Positions 1-9,051 of a stretch of DNA of 64,000 bases are shown here, in pieces. The position numbers and the translations under genes are program-made. This DNA is from Gammaproteobacteria bacterium. GTDB lineage: Bacteria; Pseudomonadota; Gammaproteobacteria; JAADGQ01. Location of the stretch: assembly GCA_015490755.1 (NCBI GenBank), contig WFXF01000087.1, positions 57,441-121,440 on the forward strand, in the 5' to 3' direction. How positions within the stretch are numbered: the first letter of the stretch is position 1; each line of letters opens with the position of its first letter. Under the pieces are notes generated by a model. The model saw nothing but the letters and a program-made list of their open reading frames with translations, was not told the DNA's origin and ran no database searches.

Positions 1-1
1 T

Positions 2-535
2 GGTAAACTTCCTCGTGTCAACATACCTAAAAAACAAGCAGGAGAACTCATCACACCTGGTAACCAGTTGGTTGGCAACCCCAATTATGGTGAATGGAAA
101 ACTGACTCATCGGGCAACTCTTTTTGGGAATGGTATGGACAATACATGATGCTTAGTACCGTGGCCAATGCCGTATTTGGCGGTGGTTTTGGTTATAACC
201 GCGGCCCAATTCAGCGCGACAATTGGTACAGCCGCCAAAATTACAGCTATCATCAGGATTATGGCCGCTCTTCATATGGTAGTGCTTCAGACCGCGCTGG
301 CTGGAAAAAGAGTAGCGAAAGCTTATCTAAAAAAGGTATTAAAACGCCTCCTGCCAAAAAATATGGCAGCATTGCTGGTCAAAAACGTCAAAGCAATTAT
401 GCGGCAAACCGTGGCTCATCATCCAAACCTCGCGGTTTTGGAAGTGCCTCAAAACGTGCTTCAACTTACTCTTCTTACTCCAGTAGCAGCCGAGGAACCT
501 CATCCGGTTCACGCGGCCTGAAAAGTGGAAAATAA
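2..535 (+). CDS. hypothetical protein, 5' end cut by the window edge; Gly/Ser/Tyr/Lys-rich low-complexity C-terminus
   Basis: The frame of the 68..535 ORF stays open back to base 2, so the TTG at 68 is probably not the true start. A DUF350-type membrane protein gene follows 21 bp downstream. Resemblance to YgiB/YjfM (DUF1190)-type proteins (FW..YMM..GGG, RGFG..SK) is weak and could not be verified here. Confidence 0.4.
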   Translation, partial: GKLPRVNIPKKQAGELITPGNQLVGNPNYGEWKTDSSGNSFWEWYGQYMMLSTVANAVFGGGFGYNRGPIQRDNWYSRQNYSYHQDYGRSSYGSASDRAGWKKSSESLSKKGIKTPPAKKYGSIAGQKRQSNYAANRGSSSKPRGFGSASKRASTYSSYSSSSRGTSSGSRGLKSGK

Positions 536-556
536 TCGACTTCTGAGAGAATAAAA

Positions 557-1444
557 ATGGAAAACTTTATCAATATTGATGCAGTCACGATGGGCTATTA
601 CCTGCTTGATTTCATTATCGTTGTTGCATTGCTGGCCGGTGTAAAATTGATGATGGGGTTGATCGCCAATGTTCCTGGCGGACAACCGCAGCAAACTAAT
701 CCCGCACTGGGCATCGCAAAAGCGGGAGCGATTGTTGCCATCGCCATCATGCTGATGGGGGTGCTTTCAGGGGATATCAGCACAACTCCAATGAGTGAAT
801 TAATACTGATCCTTATGTATGGTGTATCGGGTATTTTTCTGATGTGGCTGACCCGTATTGTATTTGACCGAGTTTCTCTGCCTCATATCTCAATTCAAAA
901 TGAGATCATGAAGGGTAATATTGCGGCTGGTCTCGTTGATGCAGGCAATATGATCGCAACGGCGATCATCATTCGCGCAGTTATGGTATGGGTTGATGGT
1001 AGTGCTTTGAGCGATATTTTTATGGTTCTTGGTGGTTTTTTGCTCTCACAAGCTCTACTGCTGCTTGCTACGTTATATCGAAGCAAGCTATTCAAATCTC
1101 GTCACCCTGAAGGGTCCATTCATCAGGAAATTGAAAATAATAATGTCGCTCTCGCTCTGCGCTTTTCTGGTCATCGCATCGGTGTTGCACTGTCTGTAAC
1201 CGCAGCATCCGGAATGGTTGCTTATATTGAGAATAATCTCTTCATTCAAGCATTGCTCTGGGCTGCGGTAGCCTGCTTCATGTTTATATTATTAACCGCT
1301 GCGGCAGCCATCACACGCAAGGTCGTACTTGCAGGTGTTAATGTTGCCGAAGAGGTTGATAAACAAAAAAATATTGCCATAGGTGCGATTGAAGCAGCGA
1401 TCTATCTGGCAATTGGTTTTCTGCTGGCAGGACTATTTGCATAG
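557..1444 (+). CDS. DUF350 (YjfL-like) inner-membrane protein, apparently with two DUF350-type repeats
   Basis: Polytopic hydrophobic 295-aa ORF. Two segments match the YjfL/DUF350 signature: 'QNEIMKGNIAAGLVDAGNMIATAIII' and 'ENNNVALALRFSGHRIGVALSV' (compare E. coli YjfL 'NNNTAASLAFSGTLLG'). Confidence 0.6.
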   Translation: MENFINIDAVTMGYYLLDFIIVVALLAGVKLMMGLIANVPGGQPQQTNPALGIAKAGAIVAIAIMLMGVLSGDISTTPMSELILILMYGVSGIFLMWLTRIVFDRVSLPHISIQNEIMKGNIAAGLVDAGNMIATAIIIRAVMVWVDGSALSDIFMVLGGFLLSQALLLLATLYRSKLFKSRHPEGSIHQEIENNNVALALRFSGHRIGVALSVTAASGMVAYIENNLFIQALLWAAVACFMFILLTAAAAITRKVVLAGVNVAEEVDKQKNIAIGAIEAAIYLAIGFLLAGLFA

Positions 1445-3511
1445 AGCCGCAATAGTTTGACGTAACATTTCAATCGCTTGGGTACGCCCTTGCAATCCCA
1501 ATAAAGAGACAACATAAGACCAACTCTGTTTTTGCAATATTTTGCTCACAAGCAGGCAACGCTGACTATTATTTAACAAAGCACATTGTGCTGGATCCGC
1601 CAGAGTGCAAATACTCAACTTCCATAATGGAAACAGTGTGACTTCATAGCCCCGTCTGGAAAAGGCAAACGCCCGAATATCACACCACTCATCATCTGTT
1701 ATTTTTTCATTCCCACAAATGTGCTGCTGAGATGTTTGATTTAACATCAACATTGAGGCTACGTCAGTCTCCAGCTCACGAAATGGATCTGACAATAGAT
1801 GTGGGAAATTGGTGAAAAATTTCTGACAAGACTTTTGATACAGGCTTATTCCCTTATTCGTTAAAGGCTTTAATACAATCACAGCATGACTGCCACTGAC
1901 ATGCTCTCGTGTCAGACCCAAATGAACGGGATGATAGCCCGAGTTTTTCCAAAACCGAACCAGTTCACAAGTTGCACCAAAACTGGCACCAATATAATCA
2001 AAATCTCTGTTTCTGGCGCTTTTGGTCACTTCGGCAAGCAACTGTGTTCCAAGCCCACGCCCATGCAAGGCGGGATGAACAGCTATACGCATTACTCGTG
2101 CGCACTTGAGCTCTGACGCATCAATAATCCCTGCATGTGCAACCAGTGATTGTGGAATAAGGTGCCCTTGTACTCGGCGACGGCCTTCATAAACGGCCTT
2201 ACTGAGCGTCGCATCTAAACCACCCTCTTTCGATACCAATACTGTTGCTACAATAAAACCTTTGTGACGTAATACATAAACAGATAAATTTGGTCCATCC
2301 AACAAATGACGCAAATCATTAGGACGTGTTCGATAATGTGCGAATACAAGCAAACCAAACAGTTGTGAAAGCAGATTTTCATTACTCATTAATTCATTGC
2401 GATCAATAGATTCAAAGATACAATTATTGGTACTTGCCTTTTCTACCTTTTCTATCGGTGAGTAAGATGCATCCAGCATTAATGCCTGAAAAATAAACCG
2501 TTCAACCGGATCATTTTCTGCAAAGCGAACAGGTTGTTTTAAATGAACTGTTTTCCAACCTGGGGTACGTTGATCCAGTATTTTATAAAAACGTAAAAAG
2601 AACCCTCGTCCTGTTCCTTCATAACCGTTAACAGTGGTAGAAAAAACAGTTCTAGCATACTTTTTTAAAAAATTTTCCAGCATAGGAATTGGTATCGCTG
2701 CCGCTTCATCAACCAGTAATAGATCAGCTTGTGGTGCAGAGGTACACAACTCATCTGGTGGTATAAAAACCAGTTTTGTTGTTGATTCTGAAAACAATAA
2801 AGCGGCGTGTTCAAATAGTGCCGCTACAGCCTCTCTACGTGGTGCAGTCACAATAATACGCTGCACTCCTTGCAGTAATAGCTCTGCTGCGACCATACCG
2901 AGTGCCGCTGATTTACCCCGCCCGCGATCAGCATTTAAAACAACAGGACGACGACGTCGCCCTGTCGCCACCTTGATCACTGCATTAATGGCTTTTTGTT
3001 GATCGTCTGTGCGAACTATTAATTTATTCTGTTTTTTATGTAATATACCAGAAAGTACACTATTGAATGGCCTGACTGCTTGCTGTTCCAGCAAAGTTAT
3101 ATCTGAAGCACTGGTAATCACATGAGCAAAACGCTGTAAAAAGCGCCCCTGAATATCAGTTACTTGATAAGGAATATTGATGAGGCGCTTATATTCAGGA
3201 TCATCAAACTGTGGCCATTCACTCAATTTTGGTACTAATAATATGAGCACTCCACCGCCATGTACCGTACCCGCAACGGCTCCTAAAGTATCTGGATTTA
3301 AGCCAGACCAGGCATCCACAACAACAGCATCAAATTCCTGACCCAATACTTTTTTTGCATGCTCATTAGTGAGTGTATACACATCATCAGGAGGATTGTT
3401 GGACACCCATAATATCGAAGAAAAACCTGAATCATCAAGCAGTTTTTTTGCACTGCGCTGGCACCACTCAAACGTTCCTGAAAAAACCAAAGCAGAGCGG
3501 TGAATAGTCAT
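1433..3511 (-). CDS. tmcA: tRNA(Met) cytidine acetyltransferase TmcA
   Basis: 692 aa. It has a helicase-like P-loop 'NADRGRGKSAALG', a DEAA box 'LLLVDEAAAIP' and a C-terminal GNAT motif 'RIAVHPALHGRGLGTQLL'. Length and domain order match E. coli TmcA (YpfI). Confidence 0.85.
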   Translation of the reverse strand: MTIHRSALVFSGTFEWCQRSAKKLLDDSGFSSILWVSNNPPDDVYTLTNEHAKKVLGQEFDAVVVDAWSGLNPDTLGAVAGTVHGGGVLILLVPKLSEWPQFDDPEYKRLINIPYQVTDIQGRFLQRFAHVITSASDITLLEQQAVRPFNSVLSGILHKKQNKLIVRTDDQQKAINAVIKVATGRRRRPVVLNADRGRGKSAALGMVAAELLLQGVQRIIVTAPRREAVAALFEHAALLFSESTTKLVFIPPDELCTSAPQADLLLVDEAAAIPIPMLENFLKKYARTVFSTTVNGYEGTGRGFFLRFYKILDQRTPGWKTVHLKQPVRFAENDPVERFIFQALMLDASYSPIEKVEKASTNNCIFESIDRNELMSNENLLSQLFGLLVFAHYRTRPNDLRHLLDGPNLSVYVLRHKGFIVATVLVSKEGGLDATLSKAVYEGRRRVQGHLIPQSLVAHAGIIDASELKCARVMRIAVHPALHGRGLGTQLLAEVTKSARNRDFDYIGASFGATCELVRFWKNSGYHPVHLGLTREHVSGSHAVIVLKPLTNKGISLYQKSCQKFFTNFPHLLSDPFRELETDVASMLMLNQTSQQHICGNEKITDDEWCDIRAFAFSRRGYEVTLFPLWKLSICTLADPAQCALLNNSQRCLLVSKILQKQSWSYVVSLLGLQGRTQAIEMLRQTIAALCK

Positions 3512-3520
3512 TTTTGTTAT

Positions 3521-5290
3521 TTAAAACGGCCACACCAAAGGTGCAATCAATACGGTTATAATTCCGACCACTATTGTTAAAGGAATACCAATTTTTAGAA
3601 AGTCCTTAAACTGGTATCCACCAGGTCCAAGCACCATTAAATTTGTTTGATAACCAATAGGTGTTGCAAAGCTCGCCGATGCTGCCACCATAATGGCGAT
3701 TAAAAAAGGGATATAATTGACATCAAGATTTTGCGCCGTTTGCAATGCAATTGGAAACATCAATACAGCCGCTGCATTATTTGTGATCATCGCCGTAAAT
3801 ATTGCGGTGATAAAAAATATCATGCCTAACGCAACCCAGGGATTACCTGCTGCAAAAGAGATGAGAAGCTGAGCCATTTGCTCTGCGGCTCCACTAACTT
3901 GCATCGCTTGTCCAATACCAAATGAAGCTGCAATAACGATTAAAACCATCCAGTCAACATTACGCCTGGCGCTTGATGCAGATACACAACGCGTCGCTAC
4001 CATCAAACCCGCTGCTAACATTGAAGCTTCCAGCATACTCAAAATATTAAATGTTGCAAAAACTACCATACCGGCAAGAATAGCTAAAGCAGCCACAGCT
4101 TTTTCATGGCGTGGTGGAGTTGAGTTTTCTATTTTACTGACCAGAAAAAAATCTTTTGAATTTTTTTCCTGCTCAGCAAATGAGTGATGACACTCTAGCA
4201 ACAAAGTATCACCCGGACGCAATACAATATCACCAATTTTTTCATTAATGTGCTCACCATTACGAGCAACAGCAATCACTGCTGCGTTGTACATTGTACG
4301 AAATCGACCACCACGAATACTTTTTCCAACCAGAGGACTGCTGTCTGAAACAACTGCTTCAACCAGCGACCGGTCAGTACGCGCTGAATTCAGTTTAAAT
4401 ACCTGATCTGTTGCCGGTGTTAGCCCCCGAACCCTATGCAGATCGACAACAGACTCCACAACTCCGGTAAAAATCAATCGATCATTCTCTTTTAGGCGTT
4501 CAAAAGAAGAAACGGCAGGCATAATGCAACCATCCCGATCAATCTCCATTAAATACATGCCAGGCAAATTACGTAAACCCGCATCACTAATGCTTTTTCC
4601 GGCAAGTGGACTGCTTTCTTCCACTAACATTTCAACAATATAGGAACGAGAGTTTGCTAATTGAGCAATGGCTGATTGACGCTGTGGCAATAACCACCGA
4701 CTAAATAACAAAACAAACAGCATTACGGCAATCACCACAGGCACACCCACCCATGCAATTTCAAACATCCCCAAACTGACATGATCTGTCTCTGAAATAA
4801 GTAAACCATTTACGACCAGATTTGTACTTGTACCGATCAATGTACAAGTTCCACCTGCAATGGCCGCATAACTCAAAGGGATCATGAGCTTGGATACGGC
4901 AATCTGGTGTTTTTTTGCCCACTCACTGACCACAGGAATTAACATGGCAACAACGGGGGTGTTATTCATGAATGCACTCATCGTGGCAACTGGTGCCATC
5001 AATCGGCTTTGTGCATATCGAAGTGATTTTGGCTGACCTAAAAGAGTGGGAATCAATGAATTTATCGCACCTGTTTCACGCACCCCGGCAGCAACAACAT
5101 ACAACATGCCAATCGTAACCATACCTTCATTTGAAAGACCAATAAGCGCTGTTTCTGGTGTCAATACACCACTTAATAAAAGAAGTGTTAACCCTCCGAC
5201 CAACACCATGTCCGGGGCCAATCGTGTCAAACTCAGGATCCCAAAACAGAGCGCAACAACACTTAACGTGAACCAGGCTTCCCATATCAT
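3521..5290 (-). CDS. SLC13/DASS-type anion permease with two central TrkA-C (RCK_C) domains
   Basis: 589 aa with N- and C-terminal polytopic halves ('GGTCTLIGTSTNLVV', 'TPIGYQTNLMV'). These flank two soluble repeats of the 'SPLAGKSI...' TrkA-C type. Confidence 0.8.
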   Translation of the reverse strand: MIWEAWFTLSVVALCFGILSLTRLAPDMVLVGGLTLLLLSGVLTPETALIGLSNEGMVTIGMLYVVAAGVRETGAINSLIPTLLGQPKSLRYAQSRLMAPVATMSAFMNNTPVVAMLIPVVSEWAKKHQIAVSKLMIPLSYAAIAGGTCTLIGTSTNLVVNGLLISETDHVSLGMFEIAWVGVPVVIAVMLFVLLFSRWLLPQRQSAIAQLANSRSYIVEMLVEESSPLAGKSISDAGLRNLPGMYLMEIDRDGCIMPAVSSFERLKENDRLIFTGVVESVVDLHRVRGLTPATDQVFKLNSARTDRSLVEAVVSDSSPLVGKSIRGGRFRTMYNAAVIAVARNGEHINEKIGDIVLRPGDTLLLECHHSFAEQEKNSKDFFLVSKIENSTPPRHEKAVAALAILAGMVVFATFNILSMLEASMLAAGLMVATRCVSASSARRNVDWMVLIVIAASFGIGQAMQVSGAAEQMAQLLISFAAGNPWVALGMIFFITAIFTAMITNNAAAVLMFPIALQTAQNLDVNYIPFLIAIMVAASASFATPIGYQTNLMVLGPGGYQFKDFLKIGIPLTIVVGIITVLIAPLVWPF

Positions 5291-6246
5291 TGTTGAATAT
5301 AGGCTCGTTTAAATTGTTGCAGGAATTCATTCAGCATACTTTCAGGAAGATTATTAATGCCCGCAGCTGCTTTTCGCCCCCCACCTGTCGGGAAACGGCG
5401 ACATAACAAGTCAGCTCCATCTTTATTTGAAAAAGGTGCCCTGACACTTACAAGATAACCACCATCACTTCGCTGTGTGAGCAGTGCATGAGCTCTATTT
5501 GGATTTTCACTTGCAAGTTTATTGGCATAAACCCCACTGACACGTCGTGCCCAAGCTTCATCAGGAAAGAGCAAAACAGCATGCGCCTCATCGACTTGCA
5601 TCATTTTGATATTTTCAGCTTTCTGCATATCCTGGCGATAACCATCACATAAGCTCTCAAAAACATTCGCCTCTTTTTCAATAAACTCAAAAGGCGATTC
5701 GTAGGGTCGAATCAAATTAAACAGCGCGACAGGCGTAAAATGCAGGTCATCCAGTGAAGCACCATAAGCATTATAGTTCATACATTCACCTAATTGACAA
5801 AGCAATGTTTTCTGTTCGTAATTAAGTGATTCTCCAATCTGTCCTGCCGCTATAGATAGATTATCGCCATAAGCACCCACAACGGCCCAGTCAGAAAACT
5901 TTCCATTTAAATATTGATTAACCAATACACTGGTACAAACATCCGAAGATGAATTAATTATCGCATTGAAATAGTCATTTTCAGGAATTTCACCTGCAAA
6001 ATGGTGATCAAAGTATTGGATATTCACACCTGTACTTAATAATCTTAACAACCCTTCTCTGTTTTTATCCAGTGAGATATCCAGTACAGTTACAAAATCA
6101 CCCGAACCTGCATCGACACGATTCAGTAATGCAATATCTCTTTTTACTCCTGTTACAAGCTGACTCGCCTGTGGGGTTTCCAATCTGAGCTGCTGCAGAG
6201 CACAAATACCATCCGCATCACCATTAAATACATCGTAGTACTTCAT
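5287..6246 (-). CDS. DHH-family phosphoesterase-like protein
   Basis: N-terminal 'FNGDADGICA' (DHH motif I/II-like) and 'YFDHHF' (DHH motif III). The stop overlaps the start of the downstream permease by 4 bp. Confidence 0.55.
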   Translation of the reverse strand: MKYYDVFNGDADGICALQQLRLETPQASQLVTGVKRDIALLNRVDAGSGDFVTVLDISLDKNREGLLRLLSTGVNIQYFDHHFAGEIPENDYFNAIINSSSDVCTSVLVNQYLNGKFSDWAVVGAYGDNLSIAAGQIGESLNYEQKTLLCQLGECMNYNAYGASLDDLHFTPVALFNLIRPYESPFEFIEKEANVFESLCDGYRQDMQKAENIKMMQVDEAHAVLLFPDEAWARRVSGVYANKLASENPNRAHALLTQRSDGGYLVSVRAPFSNKDGADLLCRRFPTGGGRKAAAGINNLPESMLNEFLQQFKRAYIQQ

Positions 6247-6311
6247 AAATGTTTTTAATCCTTTTGTTTTTTATGAAAGTCTTGAAATCAAGAATAAATA
6301 ATTACATTAAA

Positions 6312-6340
6312 TTGATCAACCGCCCCAAATTTACTATATA
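6312..6340 (+). promoter_or_regulatory. candidate sigma70 promoter for the 6375 membrane-protein gene
   Basis: TTGATC (6312-6317), a 17-bp spacer, then TATATA (6335-6340, overlapping TATAAT), about 35 bp upstream of the ATG. The match lies in AT-rich DNA, so it could be chance. Confidence 0.3.
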
Positions 6341-6374
6341 ATTCCGTCTCTTTTGTAAGTGCAGTTCTTTAATT

Positions 6375-7745
6375 ATGTCAAGCGAAAACCCGCTCGGGAT
6401 TTATCATTGGACGGCAACGGATTGGCGTCATTTTTTAATTTTATCTTCAATATTATTGCTTTATCCCTTAATGAATGGTTATCCATTTTTATTTCCAGAT
6501 GCATGGACCTATGCCGCTGGAAACTGTGTTAGTGAGTATCGCTCCCCTGTACTTGGTTGCGCAATGAAACCTGCCGTTTTAATTGGCGGGGTATGGGGCT
6601 ATATCAGCATTCAAGTTGCTGTTGCCGCATATATTTTAATTCTTTTTTCAAAACAAATGCTCGGTTCAGCAAACCTTCATGTACTCATTCCTGTAATGAT
6701 TATTTCAAGCCTAGGTCTCTTTACTGGCTGGTTAATGGCAGACGTGTGGTTACTATTTGCACTGCTTGCTCTTTTTATTATGCTTACAGCACAACGATCT
6801 GTATACCTGTTACTGCTTTTCACCTTTTCCATTTCCGTACACTTAGGCAACTTTCCTGTTATTATGATAACGATTATTTTATATATCATTGTCGTTAAAA
6901 CTAATATTCGGGCAATTATCACCAGCTTCATTTGTATAGCTGCTGCAGTATCACTAGTGGTTACTACAAACTTACTTAATCAGGAGTTTCATTTTTCATC
7001 TAAATGGACCTACACTTTTTTATCATCCCGAATAATTCATGATATGCCAGAAGTCCTTGAAAGCAGGTGTAAGCAGGACCCAGGCTTTGAACTTTGTGAG
7101 ATGAAAAGTACAATTTACAGAATCTCAAGATCACGCCCTGATCAACTTATATGGCACGAAGAAGCCCCCAGGAATATTAAAGCAATAGGCCCACTCAAAT
7201 ATGAAGCTTTATCCAGGGATCTCATACTTTCAAGTATTTTTCCATTTTTTAATGAACATATAAGTACCGCATTAAATAATATGTCCAAACAATTTGTTAA
7301 TTTCCATTATACTGAAGATTTTGCCGCCCATGGAGATGAAACATGGAGCGTTCAAGGTATGTTGCAATACTATCCCGAAGACTTTTCTACTTATAAAAGA
7401 TCATGGCAAGCAACAAATACGTTAACTAATATTTATGATGGGTTAGAGGAGTATATTCTATTTTTCTATCTTCTTTCCGTTTTAATATGCTTAGGATATG
7501 GAGTTGCGAAATGGAAACATCGCAATAACAAACTCTTGGTCAAGCTTTCTATTTTCACTGTAATTGTACTTTTGGTGAATGCTATGGTCATGTCAAATCT
7601 GGCTGGTTCATATGGTCGTTATCTCACACGCATCAGTTTCCTGCCATTCTTTACAGCAATATTGATTATTTTACAATGCAATATGATCGTAAATTATGCT
7701 AATTTTTTAAGGAATAGAATCAAAATATTAGTATTAGAAAAATAG
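6375..7745 (+). CDS. polytopic membrane protein, possible GT-C-type glycosyltransferase
   Basis: 456 aa. About 7 N-terminal TM helices carry an early loop with acidic and aromatic residues ('FLFPDAWTY'). A soluble segment of roughly 150 aa follows, then 2-3 C-terminal TM helices. No family was recognised with certainty. The call rests mainly on context beside GtrA and UbiA-type genes. Confidence 0.4.
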   Translation: MSSENPLGIYHWTATDWRHFLILSSILLLYPLMNGYPFLFPDAWTYAAGNCVSEYRSPVLGCAMKPAVLIGGVWGYISIQVAVAAYILILFSKQMLGSANLHVLIPVMIISSLGLFTGWLMADVWLLFALLALFIMLTAQRSVYLLLLFTFSISVHLGNFPVIMITIILYIIVVKTNIRAIITSFICIAAAVSLVVTTNLLNQEFHFSSKWTYTFLSSRIIHDMPEVLESRCKQDPGFELCEMKSTIYRISRSRPDQLIWHEEAPRNIKAIGPLKYEALSRDLILSSIFPFFNEHISTALNNMSKQFVNFHYTEDFAAHGDETWSVQGMLQYYPEDFSTYKRSWQATNTLTNIYDGLEEYILFFYLLSVLICLGYGVAKWKHRNNKLLVKLSIFTVIVLLVNAMVMSNLAGSYGRYLTRISFLPFFTAILIILQCNMIVNYANFLRNRIKILVLEK

Positions 7746-7747
7746 AA

Positions 7748-8122
7748 CTATTTTTTTCGAAATGTGTAATACCTGTTTGCTGTAAAATTCAACAATACGA
7801 CAATACCCATAGCCCAAAATTGAGCCCAAAAATAATAGATCATCCAGTATGTGATGAACCACCAAAAAATGAACATATTCACACCCAACATAATGAGTGT
7901 CACCATAAAATATCTACGAAAAAAGAAACCATGAGGAGAGCCTTTCATAGAAAAGGCCCAATGGTATTGCAGATTGTAGTTTACAAAAGTTGCACCGCAA
8001 AAACCGATCGCACTTGCAATAACTTTATTTACAGAAAATAGTTCGACCAGAAAGATCAAAACAAAAAGGTGTACGATACTCGCAATTGAACCTGAGATAA
8101 TATATTTAAAAAATGTTCCCAA
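7748..8122 (-). CDS. GtrA-family membrane protein (polyprenyl-phosphate-sugar flippase family)
   Basis: 124 aa with 4 TM helices, N-terminal 'KYIISGSIASIVHL' and C-terminal 'NFTANRYYTFRK', both typical of GtrA-like proteins. Confidence 0.75.
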   Translation of the reverse strand: MGTFFKYIISGSIASIVHLFVLIFLVELFSVNKVIASAIGFCGATFVNYNLQYHWAFSMKGSPHGFFFRRYFMVTLIMLGVNMFIFWWFITYWMIYYFWAQFWAMGIVVLLNFTANRYYTFRKK

Positions 8123-8124
8123 AA

Positions 8125-9048
8125 TTAGAACTCTTGTTTTTCAACAAATATTTCGAGCCAGGGTAAATCAACAACAAACAGTCCAGCAACCACAATACAA
8201 AGAAATATCAGATAAGCTATAAAACCTGTTTCTCGATATAGTTTCTCTGGATTCTGTGTGGGTGAATGAGGCTTCATGCCAATAGCCAAATACCAGACAA
8301 ACAGCAGTGCAAATAGTGGAAAACTCAGTAAAAACTCTATTCGATATTTCACAAGAAATATCCCCAAAAAAAAGGAAGATGACAACGCATAAAACAGTGC
8401 TGATAATAGTAGTCTCTGTTCGTTGTAATACTTAAATGAACGCCGATAAAGTGCCGCTTTTTTGGGATCATCAATAAAACGATATTCAGCATAACGTTTT
8501 ACAGCCATCAAAAAAGCCCCACCCATCCAGTAGGTTAAAATAATGCTTGAAGGTGGTAATACAACATAAGTGGTTACTGCAGACCATCCCAGTAATAGAC
8601 GTATAGGGTTATTGATGGATTCCGAAATCACATCAAGATAGACGCGATCTTTTGTGCGAAATGGCCGGACATTATAGAGAATACCCATCACCAGCAAAAA
8701 AATTGAAAGTGCCAAAAAAAGCGATGACAATAGAAATGCTAGCCCCAAGCCTGCTATAACCAGAAAAGCATATTCAAGGTAAACATACTTAGCTTCTATT
8801 TTACCTGAAGCAGAAGGCCGCACCTGTTTGACTGGGTGATGTCGATCAAACTCTGCATCCAGCCACTCATTAATAACATAGTTGGCAGAAGCAATAAGAG
8901 ATGTACTCAAAAGTGCAATAGATGCATTCCAAAGTGCATTACCGAGTACTGGATCCGTCATTAATATGCCCAGACCAACACCTGGAAGCATAAATATATT
9001 TTTAAACCAGTGATCTATGCGCGCAATACGCACATAATCTTTAAGCAT
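8125..9048 (-). CDS. UbiA-family prenyl-phosphate phosphoribosyltransferase (decaprenyl-phosphate 5-phosphoribosyltransferase-like)
   Basis: 307 aa, polytopic. 'ANYVINEWLDAEFDRHHPVKQVRPSASG' matches the N(D/E)xxDxxxD...HPxKxxRPxAxG motif of the Rv3806c-type DPPR synthase subfamily. Confidence 0.75.
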   Translation of the reverse strand: MLKDYVRIARIDHWFKNIFMLPGVGLGILMTDPVLGNALWNASIALLSTSLIASANYVINEWLDAEFDRHHPVKQVRPSASGKIEAKYVYLEYAFLVIAGLGLAFLLSSLFLALSIFLLVMGILYNVRPFRTKDRVYLDVISESINNPIRLLLGWSAVTTYVVLPPSSIILTYWMGGAFLMAVKRYAEYRFIDDPKKAALYRRSFKYYNEQRLLLSALFYALSSSFFLGIFLVKYRIEFLLSFPLFALLFVWYLAIGMKPHSPTQNPEKLYRETGFIAYLIFLCIVVAGLFVVDLPWLEIFVEKQEF

Positions 9049-9051
9049 TAT

